Part shown: one piece after another, positions 46,926 through 61,883 of the stretch | Numbering within the stretch: the first letter of the stretch is position 1 | How the letters are laid out: every line of letters begins with the position of its first letter | NCBI RefSeq assembly: GCF_036588685.1 | Contig: NC_086379.1 | Coordinates: forward strand, 40,238,001 to 40,302,000 | Direction of reading: 5' to 3' | DNA: 64,000 nt | Source: Mytilus trossulus | Lineage: Eukaryota | Position numbers and translations under genes: made by a program | The notes under the pieces: model-generated | Database searches by the model: none | What the model saw: the letters and a program-made list of their open reading frames with translations, nothing else | Told to the model about the DNA's origin: nothing

Positions 46926-49900
46926 ATTGAGTTGATACTGGTGGAATTTCAAACCCCGAAGATACATGTACAATCAGCTCAGTGGCAGAACCAATGTTTT
47001 CAAGAATGTGACCTCTCGAATAAGACTTTTTTGTTATATCATGACCACCACAACAGGTGCCATATGTAGAGCAGGATCTGATCACCCTTTCTGGTGGAAT
47101 CGTTTGCTTAGTATTAAGTTTCCTTTGTTGTGTATGGGCACTTTGATTTGTCTGATTGTCTTTTTCTGGTTTTTTTTGGTATGGCTGTCCCTCTGGTATC
47201 TTTCGTCCCTCTTTTGCAACATTTGAAAAGTAAACGGAAAATACATAAATATGAAATTCGTCTTAAAGTAAATTAGCTCAACTCTGTATATGTTATAAAT
47301 GATCCATGCAATATGTTTATCATAAAAAACGAGGGTTTGTTTAGTCTAGACTTAATATAGAAATTCCTGGTAAATACGATTTAGTGTGCATTTTTGGAGA
47401 TATTTTACCAAATCCAATCACCCAGTCATACCAAGATAAATTTAATTAAGTTTGTAATAAAAACATTAAATTATTTACGCTATAGTGTAATTGACTTAAA
47501 TGCCAAACACAGATTGAAGTTACGGAAAGTACAATAAGCTCATTTCTCATCCTCAAGTACCAGGAAAAGATTAACGTGTCAACAAACCATATCTGTTACT
47601 TTGTTTTTCTGGGTAATATGACGATGGTAAACATTGGATTTTTATGATCTATAAACTCTACACTTGCAAAATGCCACTTAATTAACGTTCTTATACAATG
47701 CCATTCTTTAATCCTTTTATCTTTTCTATTCGATTGCATTATCTTGCATGTCCCAACAGGTTAGTAAAACATCAAACTCTCATTCACCGCTGGCTATCAG
47801 TGTATAATGGAAAGAGCAAAGTCTCACATTTTATGATGTTTTTTTATGATACATCCATTTCATTTTAACAAAAAGGTTAATGGTTTAATTCTTTAAAACT
47901 GTTGACATCTTACTATGATGCGTAACACTGTTTAGATTTATCACAACAAACCAGAAACATTTCCAAACAGTGTATTATTTAACATGCATTTAAGAAGATC
48001 TGGAATGGTGCATAGATTGTATTGAAGAATACAGGTCTGTATGTTGAAAAGGGGGAAACTACTCGGTTACACCAAATGCGAACATTATCATCCATTATCA
48101 GGAACTATACATCTTAGATAGTGCAATGCGAGAAAGACAGCTGTCATATGAACGTATTTACACTTTTGGTATTTAGCTGTATCTTGCCTCCGAATGACCT
48201 TAGATCGACTCCGAATCACCTTTTGACGTAAGGCAACAATCACGTTTAAATTGTGACTTCAAATATCTTAAATTATGATATCAAAGTTTACGGGAACCTG
48301 TGTGATTTTACGTAATGGCGGTCAAATTTGCATACAAGTGTAAATACGTCTATTTTCAAAGAATGTGTATTTACATTGGTGTTAGCATATCAGGCAATGT
48401 TTACCCTTGTAAATAGTTTCTAAGAAATAAATATAGATGACAGATTAAAAAAAATAAACGCGATTTTAAAAATGCCTTCTGGTAACAATTTTTTGTTATG
48501 TCAAATGTATATAGCTTTTGATTATATAAGTGGTAGTAACTTATCATTATATCCACTTTGAAATAATAACTCTATAAAAATAAACGGGTTTTTTTTTAAA
48601 GAAAAACCGCTTAGAGAATGTCGAATGTTGTATTGGAATTTTGTTGATACTTAAAGAGTTTCAGTGTATGAATTGACTAAAACATATAATAATACATGTC
48701 CACAATGACATAATCACCAGTTTGTAATGGTTTCAAATCAATCACTCAAAAGATACACTTTACGTAACAAGTCAAACCTACACAATTATGTAGTTACTCT
48801 TAAACAAATACTACAGCTTGAGGTAAATGATGCGGAATTATTTTTTATCAACAAAAAAAAAACCCAAACAAACCCAACACTACAATATACTACTGATATC
48901 TCTTGTTACAGTTTAAATTACATTATTGCAAATTGTTCAGTAGGCTATTTATCTAATTAAATGAAACGCGCAGAAGATTGGATACCGGAAGCGGCTGGAA
49001 TCATGTAGCGGATGGAATTGCTAATTTATAATCTGCTGTCATTCTCCTTTTAATCTTCCAGACTTACTAAGTATAAACATTAATTAGCTACCACTTGAAG
49101 GGTTTCTTGAGATACATTAGTAGACAAAAGCTAATAGTGTCATGACGTAATTGTAAACATTCAAAGCAGATCAAGAATGCTCAAACTTGATTATTTTTTC
49201 TTGCCGTCAAACGTCATTGTATCTTGTATGTCAGTGCTTTCAAGTCATTGCAATTCTTAACGTTACTCTTTTAACAAGCAGCAGATTTGTTTTTATAACC
49301 TACTTCATATATAACTTATATTTAAAGGTGGATTGCAATTGTAATTCCAGTTGTTTATCAATACTGATCATATAATATTCATCCATTTTCATTTTACGCA
49401 CTTTTAAAATATGAATTTGACTAGAACGATAATGTATTCGAGGTATCTTACTTATTTATAAAAGGTTTGTGTTTGTAAGTTCGACTTAACCAGATGTGCA
49501 TTTATGAAATGAAATGAAGACAATTGGGGGAAAATAGTTTTTAGACGTCTCAAAACTATGTTAATTTGATAGTATAGATGAATACCTAGTACATATTCAT
49601 CAATTTATTGTAGAAACCGTCATCATGATGTCAGTATGACGTCATACACATGTCAAATTTATTAATTTGACCCATGATTACCATTTAGTTAATAAATCTA
49701 AATATTATTATATTCATATACAAAACAGGATGAAATTTAAATGCTTAGAGGTTCGTTGGCTATGTATCCCATACCCTACAGTCGTCCATAAAAGGCAAAA
49801 AAATGATAAATTTCCCCAATGCAAATGGATACATTTGAATGATCGAAGGATGTAACTCGATAGTCTGAATATAAACAAAAAAAATTGAATGTTGCTACTG

Positions 49901-52900
49901 TGTTTTTCGAACTCCACATCAATATTAAGAGGTCAACAACAGCATATGAATGAAAATAATCTTATGTTCAACAATTTTCAGAAATTAAAATGAGGTGAGC
50001 TAGAAGTGTTTCAATACAAAAGTTATCATGGAATGTGTAACCTTCAATCAAGAGTTTTATAGACAACCTCAAACCTTCGCTTTGAATTACTTGAAACTTC
50101 TGCCCAAAGCTATGGTGGATACATCTAATCTTCAGTTACATAGTTTCGTTCAGATATTCTTTCTGTCCTTAAACGGCATCCATCACATATTATACTATTC
50201 CTTCCGCTGTTAGTTTCAAGACAATTTGTTGTCATGATGAACCAAAATGAAAATTTAAAATTTTTTTTAAACATTAACCAGCGTAAACTACTTTTTATAG
50301 TTTATGATTGTGGAGCACTATTCAACCAGGTAAGTTTGCGCTAACATTTGTGATCGAGAATTCAGGCACACGGATTAATTATGTGTTGCAATCGGCTATA
50401 ATGTCAGCCCTTACATATCCCCTAGTAGTTCCAATATGTTCGCTGAAATGTCCTGAAGTCATCAATAATTAGTTGGCCAACACCAAGTTTTAGCGTCATA
50501 TAAAGTAAAATCACAAAAATACTGAACTTAAAGGAAAATCTAATCGTAAAGTCCATAATCACATGGCAATTTCAAATAACAAAACACATAAATACGAATG
50601 GACAAGAACTGTCATATTCCTGACTAGGTACGGGCATTTTCAAATGTACTAAATGGTGGATTATACCTGGTTTTATAGCGCTAACCTTCTCACTTTGATG
50701 AAAGTCTCATCAAATTCCGTTATATTCACAATTATCACATGAACTTAGATCTGAAGACAATTAATGTAATAGTCGTATGACCTGTTACTTCGCCTATTAT
50801 TTAGTATTTCTTGACTTTCTTTTCGGGGTTAACTTTGATGATATGTGTATACATAACAAGATATGATATCCCCGCGAACCCGTTTTGCTAGATTTGATGC
50901 TCATGCTATTCTTGTTTTGTTTTCTCCTTTTTTTACTTTCAAACATCTATAAACTAATTTTTCATCTTTTGTTAGTCTGAACATATGGGTCACAATGGAA
51001 AATTTGTTTTGTTATTTAAAATATTTTTTGAACAACTTGACATTTTCATCAGTGTGACCTCACAAAACAACTAGGTCTTTCCTATTGTTTTCTCTATCCC
51101 GTAGACAGCATGCACTGTGATGGGAATACTAATGAGGTGCTTCTCCTGAGAGCTTTAACGTAACTATTTATGGCATGATTTGTATAGCTTTCATAACTGA
51201 ATATGTCAATTGACCTAAAACATCCATCTTATTGGCAGTTGTATCTTCTTATCAATTTATAGCGTAAAACGAAAAGCGCCCTACAGGTAATTCAGTAATT
51301 TATCATTCCAACAACGTTTGATTATTACCAGATATCAGGAGTGCCAATGTAATTACTTCATTGCACGGTTTGTATGCCTTGAGATGACATCTTTCATAAT
51401 ATGAAAGCAGCGATAGTTTAGTCTTAAAAAATTGGAATGATGATTAATATCGAATACATACTGACTCTTGACATTTAATCAAATCAATGACCTAAATAAA
51501 AACTAACAAAAAATAATACTAATAGTAACATCGCATACTTGTAACGATCTCACTCGTTAACATGCTAGACAACAAAAGAAACGCTACAAAGAAATGCGTC
51601 TTTCATATAGAATGACATTTGAAACACGGTATCATTCTAAAAATATACCAATTAATCTTAGGGACCTTCTTTTTTAATTTCCCACGAAGTTCAGTGCTTT
51701 TGGATTTTACGTTTTTTCTCATATTTCAAAGAGTAGTGTTTTCAAATCAAACACGTTATCATTTACCGACCTTTAAAATGTCAAAAGTTGATGTCTGATT
51801 TGAATTTTATTTACCATCATAGATACATGTCTTTGAACACTCAATTCTTAAAAAAAAAAAAAAATGACCCGTGATTGAATTATTTTCCCACCTTAAACTG
51901 TTATCCTATAGTGCTCAATCATGTGTTATAATGCCAAGTAAATAAATGATCTTCGTTATGTACGTTTGTAATTTAGTTTTCCCTGTTCATTATATATTGT
52001 GATAAATGGATGTCCAACGCTGTGTGTCATTTCTCGTTCTCGCTAGTACATTATCCGAATCTTTGTTTGTGTTACTCAGTTATAATTTGTTCAGTTCAAA
52101 TATTTATTTTGTTTTGTTCACACATCATTGTCAATATAAAAGAATTTTATGCGACTTTCATACAAGGTTTAATGACCATTTTCTACATCTAAAATGCCTG
52201 TACCATGTCAGGAATATATATGACAGTTGTTATCAAATCAATGTGTTTGAGATTTTTGATTAAGGACTTTCCGTTTTGATTCTCCGTTAGAGTACGGTAT
52301 GATTGTTATTTTATTTTTTTCGGTATGCCAATGGGTATCTATTGTACACCTCTACTAGTTGATAAACGGTTTTACGAAATACTACCAAAACAAGGTACTC
52401 TACTTCATATATTGATCTTTGTAATTTTCTTGATATAGATGGACGACAAGAAACTATAATCTTTAACAAACATAGTTATTTTACGAAACATGTTGACTAC
52501 AAAAGATGGAGAAAAAAAAGTTTACAAACATGAACCTGGATATAAATAAACGTTCTTTTCTAATCAGACATAAAAGAACAATTTTGCAAATTTTACATTT
52601 TTGTTTAAAATGATCAAGTTTACCTGTGTAGTTCATTATGTTTTGGAATATTTTGAATGTTATAACACATAATTCCTATATGTTAAAGATATCAAATATG
52701 TTATGTCAGTAAGAAAAACACATTCTTGTCGTGTAAATTGACTTTTGTCTGGAAGTTTATATCGTTTAATGAAGGTCATAAATAATGTAGCAAGGAATCA
52801 TTTGTCTTTAGAATTAATGGAAAAGATCAACATGCATATAAGGGCCTACAACCGTTCGACATTACAAAACATGTTTTATGTGATATTAGCAATAAAGAAA

Positions 52901-54168
52901 ATAGAAAATTACTTGAAATTATTGAATATAGAATAATATAAAATAAAGACAAAAGCAAACATCAACAGATATATAAACTATAATCAATTATTGATGAGAA
53001 ACTAATATTATTCCAGGAACCTTTAAATATCTTTTTATTTTTGTTTAATTTTTCTTTTGTGATCGATGGTATACAGATGAATACTTTGAAATGTCAAGCG
53101 AAATGCTTAGTGATCGTAGTAAAAAGTAAAATCACAAACGTATTGAACTCCAAGGAAAATTCAAAACGGAAAGTCACTAATCAAAATCAAATGATAAAAC
53201 ACATCAAACGAATGGACAACTGTCATATTCCTGACTTGGTACTGGTATGTTTAAATGTAGAAAATGGTGGATTGAAACTGGTTATAAAGCGCTAAACCTG
53301 TCTTTTGTATGACAGTCGCATCAAATTCCATTATATATACTACGATGCGCGAACAAAACAGACATAATAGGTAAAATTGTCAAAGTATGGGTACAGCAGC
53401 CATCAATATGTCTATTAACGATTATAAAGGAAAACAAACATTTCCAGAAGAAGTCATATAAATTAAAAATACGATATTAAAAAGCCATCTCTTTTTAAAT
53501 CTTTACAATCATGTTGCTTCCTGAATTAGAATAAAAGCAAACTCAACATGATGTGCAAAACAAGTTAACTTGTTAAACTTTAACTTAGGGTACCGGTCTT
53601 TTTTAATTTCTTGTTGATGTTATGAATTAAGCCAATTATTCCAGATTAAAACTGCATTGCACACGAGGGCATAATACAAATTACTCTATCTAAATTGAGA
53701 ATTCCATATTTCCATAACACAATTATCTTAGACGCTTATGTAATATTTATTTTCTTCTGACACTTTTATACTCTCAAACTAAAAATGCATGTTATGTATT
53801 TTAAATCTTTTCAGCAGAATTGCACATCTGTAGATGAGATAAACCAGTTCCTTGTCGAAATGATTGCACTCTAAGATAAAGTAATGAAAACTGTGTATCT
53901 CAATTAGGCTTTGAAATATTACAATCTTTTTCTGTCCGAATTTCGTCACGTAATTCTGACTGAGTTTACGATAACTTCTATTTATTATATACTAAATACA
54001 TGTAAATTGTATTGTGTTATACAACAAATGCAATCGTGCTATATCAGCAATTATATCGACATCAGTCATTGTTGAAAAGCATTTTTTTTTTATCCCACCC
54101 TTAACCCATATGACGTCACTTTATAGATATCCTTTATGGCTGTAAAGACAAAGGTTTCATTAAACCCC

Positions 54169-54194
54169 ATATATATATATATATATATATATAT
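54169..54194. repeat. (TA)n microsatellite
   Basis: About 13 AT units. Confidence 0.9.
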
Positions 54195-55850
54195 CTTTAT
54201 ATATCGTGTAAAACAAAACTATACTTGAGTTATATAATAGAGTGTATATGATTATTTTTTTCAATAACACACATCGTATCAACCCTTGGCCAATACTCGG
54301 GCTTAAATTGATGTCACGGGTTGATACATGTACGGATGTGATTGTAAAAAAAGCCATTTGATATTCGTTATTTTATCTTCACGACTTCATCATAACAACT
54401 CAATGACACCAAATACCAAAGAGACTCGAAAATAAAGATTAATCATTTGGTATACGCCTCAATATTCAAGCATAGGGCCTAAAGGTATTACTTGTCTCTA
54501 GATGAAACCTTAAGTTTTTTTCTCGCCGATGTGCATTTCTCTTTGTTGCTATAATCGCCATGTGGTTCTTTGATGATAAGATTAAGGTTTTAAATTACTC
54601 CTGTTTGGTCGATGAAAGGGACAATTAACCAAGCTTGCAAAAAGTGTTATCTTTCATCACTATACTCATATTTTGAGTGCTTCTGTGAGCTTAAAGAACT
54701 TTCGCACTCAAAAACCATTATAAAACAATTGGAAACATAACAAATAAACGCAGACTAAATCAACATAAGATTTTGCATAGGGGGACCCAGGGGCTGGAGT
54801 AATTTGGTTGATTATATAGGTAAGCACTGAAGCATGACCGGAGTCTCCTTCCGCCTTATGTCAATCATTCCCCCTCCTTTCCAAAAAGTTCTCATACGCC
54901 ACTAATGTGTACCTTTACAACATCAAATGATGTAACTACATAAAGTACATGTATTATATTGAGCATGTCCACTATATGAAATAAGAAATCAATTCATTAA
55001 AGCAAAAAAATGAAACGACTTATTACATGTAACACAAGGCTCCTTTTCATTCCTAAATGTGAACCCTGTAGACAAAATGTTACATTTGTAATTGTTCATT
55101 TAGAGATGGTATTTAAACATTGCATGTCATGCAAGGGAAAAAACATATCCAATTAAATGAGAAAAGAGTTAACGGCATAAAAACTTGTAACAGACAGACA
55201 GAAACAACGACAATGCCCATAAACTCTCTGTTGATAGTGTAAGGATAATTAGATTTGGTATTATATTCAAAGTCAACGTGTAACAATATAACCGGAAGTG
55301 CCTTTTGCCCCATATTCTAACTTAAATGAAATTTGAGTTAATTAACTGAAATGTCTTTCATACCATGCTGGGAGCGTTTTATTTCTTTATCTTTGACATG
55401 TTGAAAGCTTTGGTAACATTATGTCAACATTCATAATTATCCTAAATGTAACATTATTTTGTTAAAGAAGCTGTCGAGATAGCATGGTGAAGATTGTAGA
55501 TTGAACCTGACAAAAACTATAAGAAAAGAAGGACAGTTGCATTGTGTCGTGTACAAAATGTATAAAGGCATTTATGGACATGAGTTAGCTGTAAAATAAA
55601 TACACATGTATTGCATGCATTTTTTATAGTTTTTTTATTTTGGTTTATGTTGTTATTCTCGTAAAATGGTTTTGGTGTTGTGCATATTAAAATTATATGT
55701 ATCTTTCGAGTGTTTTTCATGTTTATTTTGAAACACATGTCACTGTTCTAACTGGTTTCAGATAATTTACATGGTTGGATCATATGTTTTCGTACGTCAT
55801 ATGAATTCGTACTTCGAATGCCTTTTTAAATAGAAATTATGATATCACAA

Positions 55851-56363
55851 TATAAAAAAGAAGATGTGATATGATGAGACAACTATCCACAAAAGTCCAA
55901 AATGACACAAACCTTAACAACTATAGGTCACCGTACATTCTTCAACAATGAGCAAAGCCCATACCGCATAGTCAGCTATAAAAGGCCCCGATAAGACAAT
56001 GTAAAACAATTCAAACGAGAAAACTGACGGCCTTCTTTATGTAAAAAAATTAACGAAAAACAAATATGTAACACATAAACAAACGACAACCACTGAATTA
56101 CAGGCTCCTGACTTGGGACAGGCACATACATAAATAATGTGGCGGGGTAAAACATGTTAGCGGGTTCCCAACCCTCCCCCTAACCTGGGACAGTATTATA
56201 ACAGTACAACATACATGTAAGAACGAACTATAAAAATCAGTTGAAAAAGGCTTAACTCATCAGATAGACAAAAAATACAAGTGGACGTGGCCGGGTACTT
56301 ATACATCCCGACACAAAAAGACACAATGAACAGATCTGAGAGTACTCGCAGTTATCTGACAGC
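55851..56363 (+). repeat. SINE-like family B element seeding the downstream tandem array
   Basis: Begins TATAAAAAAGAAGATGTG...GAGACAACTATCCA and carries the core CAGGCTCCTGACTTGGGACAGGCACATAC...GGCGGGG. Confidence 0.7.
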
Positions 56364-58525
56364 GAGGATACACACACTTTATCGAACCTTAAAGGAAAAA
56401 TGTAAACCAACTAAACCTCAAGGAATGTCTATATGTCGGCGATATGTCTCTCTGATCGGAAGTTATTGAACGGAATTAGAATAGTTACAAGTAGTGCCCT
56501 TGCCTGTAATACCGTTCTGTAGATAGCATTACGATTTCCGGCTTCGATATATCTTAGTCTTGTGTCGTCTCATTGTTTCACTAGTACGTGTGAAGCATTT
56601 AAATACATACAAAGTCAATAAGGACAAAACACATTTATTGTTTATTTGATACTAGTAGTTAACTTCCCAGTTAAGCTTTGTTACAAAATGGCTCAAACAT
56701 ATATTAATTGTTTTATTGTTGGTGTTTAACACCACTTTCATCACACTACAATACAATATATCATTGCGACCAGTTTAAATTGGAAGGGAAGTTGGAGAGA
56801 ACAACCGACTTTCACTCCTGCAATATGAGAGGAAACATAAAAGGTATTACTGTCAGTAAAAACAAACATAAACAAACGACAACCACTGAATTACAGGCTC
56901 CTGACTTGGGACAGTCACATACATAAATAATGTGGCGGGGTTAAACACGTTAGCGGGATCCCAACCCTCCCCTAACCTGGGACAGTATTATAACAGTACA
57001 ACATAAGAACGAACTATAAAAATCAGTTGAAAAGGGCTTAACTCATCAGATAGACAAAAATACAAGTGAACATGGACGGGTACTTATACATCTTGACACA
57101 AAAAGACACAATGAACAGATCTGAGAGTACTTGCAGTTATCTGACAGCTAGTTCAAAGCCACTAACAACTAATAAAAAAATAGTTAAAAAAAAACCAATG
57201 CATTCTTAATAGCACGAACACCTATAAGACGAGGATACACACACTTTATCGAACCTTAAAGGAAAAATATAAACCAACTAAACCTCAAGGAATGTCTATA
57301 TGTCGGCGATATGTCTCTCTGATCGGAAGTTATTGAACGGAATTAGAATAGTTACAAGTAGTGCCCTTGTCTGTAATACCGTTCTGTAGATAGCATTACG
57401 ATTTCCGGCTTCGATATATCTTAGTCTTGTGTCGTCTCATTGTTTCACTAGTACGTGTGAAGCATTTAAATACATACAAAGTCAATAAAGACAAAACACA
57501 TTTATTGTTTATTTGATACTAGTAGTTAACTTCCCAGTTAAACTTTGTTACAAAATGGCTCAAACATATATTAATTGTTTTATTGTTGGTGTTTAACACC
57601 ACTTTCATCACACTACAATACAATATATCATTGCGACCAGTTTAAATTGGAAGGGAAGTTGGAGAGAACAACCGACTTTCACTCCTACAATATGAGAGGA
57701 AACATAAAAGGTATTACTGTCAGTAAAAACAAACATAAACAAACGACAACCACTGAATTACAGGCTCCTGACTTGGGACAGTCACATACATAAATAATGT
57801 GGCGGGGTTAAACACGTTAGCGGGATCCCAACCCTCCCCTAACCTGGGACAGTATTATAACAGTACAACATAAGAACGAACTATAAAAATCAGTTGAAAA
57901 AGGCTTAACTCATCAGATAGACAAAAATACAAGTGAACATGGACGGGTACTTATACATCTTGACACAAAAAGACACAATGAACAGATCTGAGAGTACTTG
58001 CAGTTATCTGACAGCTAGTTCAAAGCCACTAACAACTAATAAAAAAATAGTTAAAAAAAACCCCAATGCATTCTTAATAGCACGAACACCTATAAGACGA
58101 GGATACACACACTTTATCGAACCTTAAAGGAAAAATGTAAACCAACTAAACCTCAAGGAATGTCCTTGCCTGTAATACCGTTCTGTAGATAGCATTACGA
58201 TTTCCGGCTTCGATATATCTTAGTCTTGTGTCGTATCATTGTTCCACCAGTACGTGTTAAGCATTTAAATACATACAAAGTTAATAAAGACAAAACACAT
58301 TTATTGTTTATTTGATACTAGTAGTTAACTTCCGAGTTAAACCTTGTTACAAAATTGCTCAAGAATTATATATTATGGTTTGGTTGTTGGTATTAAACGC
58401 CACTTTCATCACACTATAAGATATCATTGCGACCAGTTTACATTGGAAGGGGAAGCCGGAGAGAACAACCGCCTTTCACTCGTGCAATATAATAGGAAAC
58501 ATAAAAGGTATTACTGTCAGTAAAA
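56072..58525 (+). repeat. Tandem array with 867-bp period (about 2.8 copies)
   Basis: Duplicate ORFs at 56708 and 57575 are offset by 867. The marker GAGGATACACACACTTTATCGAACC occurs at about 56364, 57231 and 58099. Confidence 0.92.
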
Positions 58526-59888
58526 AGCTGATGCTAAAAGTTCCGCTCTGAAATATAATGAAACACAAATTTTCAGATACTCGTTGAATGACAAATATTA
58601 ACTTTCATTGACTGCCTCATTTTAGTCAACTTTCTGTAAACAATTTAAAGGGCTTGTCCACAAAACTGTACAAGGACTCGCATAAGAAAAGGATCAAACT
58701 GCGATATGCGATAAAATAGACGAAATAATTCCCATACTACCAAAATGTACAATGCACATATTCATTATACAGGTATGCCCTATATAAAACCAGAAAGTTT
58801 TTACCAATTTGTTGAATAAAAAAAAAAATCATACTTTAAGATATTTCATTGGAAGAAGGATTCATAAAACATATATTTTTGTACAACGTAATAAACAATT
58901 ACTTTCTACCACTATAATATTTGACGAGTTTATTTTAATTGCATATTCTAGCCAATTATAACTTTATTTAAAGACCACCTTATTTTATGTTTCATATTTG
59001 ATAAGTTGTGAGCCTTTACAAAAGACATTAAATATAACACTCAAAAGGTCAATATACATTTCCTTTCCATATTTGATCCTCTTTTCAATTATTCTCCAAT
59101 GTTAAACCAAATTACAGGATGGCATTTAAAATGTAAATCCACTCTAAGTGCAGACTAGCTTCCAGAATAAGATAATATTTTAACTTTAAAATTATATAAT
59201 ATAATTACAACCTCGTCTTGTCATTTAATGTCTGGCACATGACTGTTCTACGCTTACTTAACTAGAACTAAGGTCTTGTTTACAGCAGTCGCTCCATAAA
59301 ACTCTATCGAATTAGAATTTTAGCTTAAAGGAATTCAGTAACTGTAGTATTATACAAATAAATTCCAAGCATACACGTTTGTACATTTCGTTGCCGAGTC
59401 TTTGAATCTCTCTCACATTACAAATCCATCAAAGCCGATCAGTTATCAATATCTCTTAGAAACAGTAATCATATGGAAAATAACTGTTAGCGATATCATA
59501 CGTCTTATAAAATATTTTGATGAAAGTAAAAGACCCAATTGAAACATGGAGTATTTGTTCTAAAAGGTACGTTTTAAACTCCATGTTCCAAGTGTAACCC
59601 ATTTCAGAGGATAGTTAGTAAGTTTTCTATGAAAATTAATGTTAATATGTCTTTATTGTCGGATATTTTCCTGACACTTTTAGTTTTGACTTCATACTTT
59701 TTGAATAAATATTGGTAATGGTTTTTTTTAACCGTAAGCTATATAGCATTTGGAGCGATTTGATTATTACTTTCAGGCGGTTACATATATTAATTAAGAC
59801 ATATTGTTCAATTTATTGGTGCATATGAACACATTGCTAGTTGTACATAGTACTACAACTTTGATACTGTTGATGGAAACGAAATTAA

Positions 59889-60161
59889 GGTGGTACCTAA
59901 CACTACAGGGAGATAACTCTATAAAATCAGCTAAACGTTTTAATTACGTTGTGTTGTTAATGGAATATTAAGCTTCTCAGTGATCAAAATTAGTGTTTGT
60001 CAAACTGCTATATAACCAGTGTAATTTTTCGGATAAAACGGTTGGTTCAAATTTTTTGAAATTTTTATATTTTTGTCAAAGGGTCAAAGTATGTATTTTG
60101 TAAAAATTTTATGAAAATTAAACGAGCCAAATAAATTTTAGTCAAGGTGTTGGGTACCACC
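59889..60161 (+). mobile_element. 273-bp Kolobok-like MITE
   Basis: TIRs GGTGGTACC(T/C)AACAC with TTAA at 59885-59888 and 60162-60165. Confidence 0.85.
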
Positions 60162-61005
60162 TTAAGTCTACATCAGACTAAAAATACCATGCTCTCTTGT
60201 TGTCAGTAACATGATGCATTTGTTTGTTTCATGCAAACTTGTGTAAAGAAATATTTCAACAATAAAGATATGAATACTGTGATTGGTAAACGTCAGTGGA
60301 ACAACTTCCCAACATTGAAAAACTTGAATCCAAATATCTAGAGATCAATATGCAGTCTGCGAGGTACAAGTAAAAATAAATCATAATTCGAGTGTAGAAC
60401 AAGTGACCAAACTTAAAATAGACTATTAAAGATCTAATTTAAACACACATGCCTCAAAAAGAGAACACATTTTATTCTGACTACGGATAACCCCAACACA
60501 AATCTTGATTTGAGAAGTGCACACGAACATGTTGTGAGGTCGCTGTAAATTATAGATAAATTGCATTTCCTCTTTTATTTACGAACATTCATATAAATTT
60601 ACACAAGGTTACCAAGAGAGTGCGTTCTGAATTAAATTCTGTAACAAAACAATTCGCAGACGACAAAACATTGTATCAAGTTATTTGATACCGTATCAAA
60701 GGATGCTTGCCCTAACGTTAAACACGCTCAAATGCGATAAATTCTTAACCCGCTGCTAAGAAATTATGCTGACATACCAACCAAACTATGTAGGCGACTG
60801 TTCATTTCACCAATATTTCACGATGTTGTTCGTTCCCGAAAGAGTTTTGAATTTAAAAGAAGAAAAAATAGAATTTGAGTCTCGTTTCAAACTTTAAAGA
60901 CTATTAGAATTGATGTTACTCCAAAATACCATATTCAATAGATAATAAAACATTATAATAATCTTAGTAATCGTTTTTCACGGAATCATCTAATTTAGAA
61001 AAAAA

Positions 61006-61215
61006 TAAAAGATCTCAACGTGTTGCTTTCAAACAATCATGTCGTAAAAGATGGAATCATACTCTGAAAGAAAAACCATATATTTTAGACCTGCAAGTTG
61101 TCAATTTCAAAAAAAAATTAAAAGATCTCAACGTGTTGTTTTCAAACAATCATGTCGTAGAAGATGGAATCATACTCCGTAAGAAAAACCATATATTTGT
61201 CACTTGCAAGTTGTC
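61006..61215 (+). repeat. Two-copy tandem repeat, period about 112 bp
   Basis: TAAAAGATCTCAACGTGTTG..TCAAACAATCATGTCGTA..AGATGGAATCATACTC...TGCAAGTTGTC occurs twice. Confidence 0.85.
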
Positions 61216-61531
61216 GACTTCGTTTTAACAACATGTAACAATGTAACAACATATATATATATAATAGAAATACCATGACCATAGTCAGACAGATATTTTA
61301 AATATGAAACGTTGGAGTTAAAGTTTACAATGAGCAACCTAAAACGTGTACACTCGATAAGAAGAAGCACTCGGTGTATCACCACTGAGGGAAGTAGAAA
61401 TGACAACAAACAAGGGGGAATTATGTAAAAGTCTTAAAAACTCAATACCACATTCAATGAAAAAAAAACACTAGTGTAACTGACACAGTCATTTCACAAA
61501 CAAAATGAGTAGGAAAAATCTGTGTACTTAC

Positions 61532-61883
61532 CAATAAATATATGTGTCAGCAGTGTGATTGGAACACAAAATATCGCTACAAGTATATCAGCTATAGCCA
61601 AGTTGACGATGAAGAAATTTGTCACTGTATGCATCCATTTGTATTTCAGTACTACAACAATTACAACTAAGTTACCGAAAAGTGCGAATAAGAAAGCAGT
61701 GCTGTAAGCTATGATGTAGATCGCAAGTACACCAGGAGGATGTTTGAATTCGGATCCGTAGCTAGAATTTTGAGTGTCGTTTATGCCTAGTTCACTATTG
61801 TCCTGTGCGTATGAATTCTCAATATTCACCATGCTTATTTCAAATTCATTATTCTTTCCACTTGCATTGTAAAAAATTGACAT
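61532..61883 (-). CDS. SIFaR: Neuropeptide GPCR exon 1: N-terminus, TM1-TM2
   Basis: MSIFYNASG... with N-glycosylation sequons (NAS, NDT, NSS), FGNLVV and MHTVTNFFIVNLAIADILVAIFCVP. Donor G|gtaagt at 61531, phase 1. Confidence 0.92.

Noticed and set aside
56281-58127. Duplicated 62-72-aa ORFs
   Set aside because: They lie in the tandem repeat and SINE-like sequence and show no recognisable domain.
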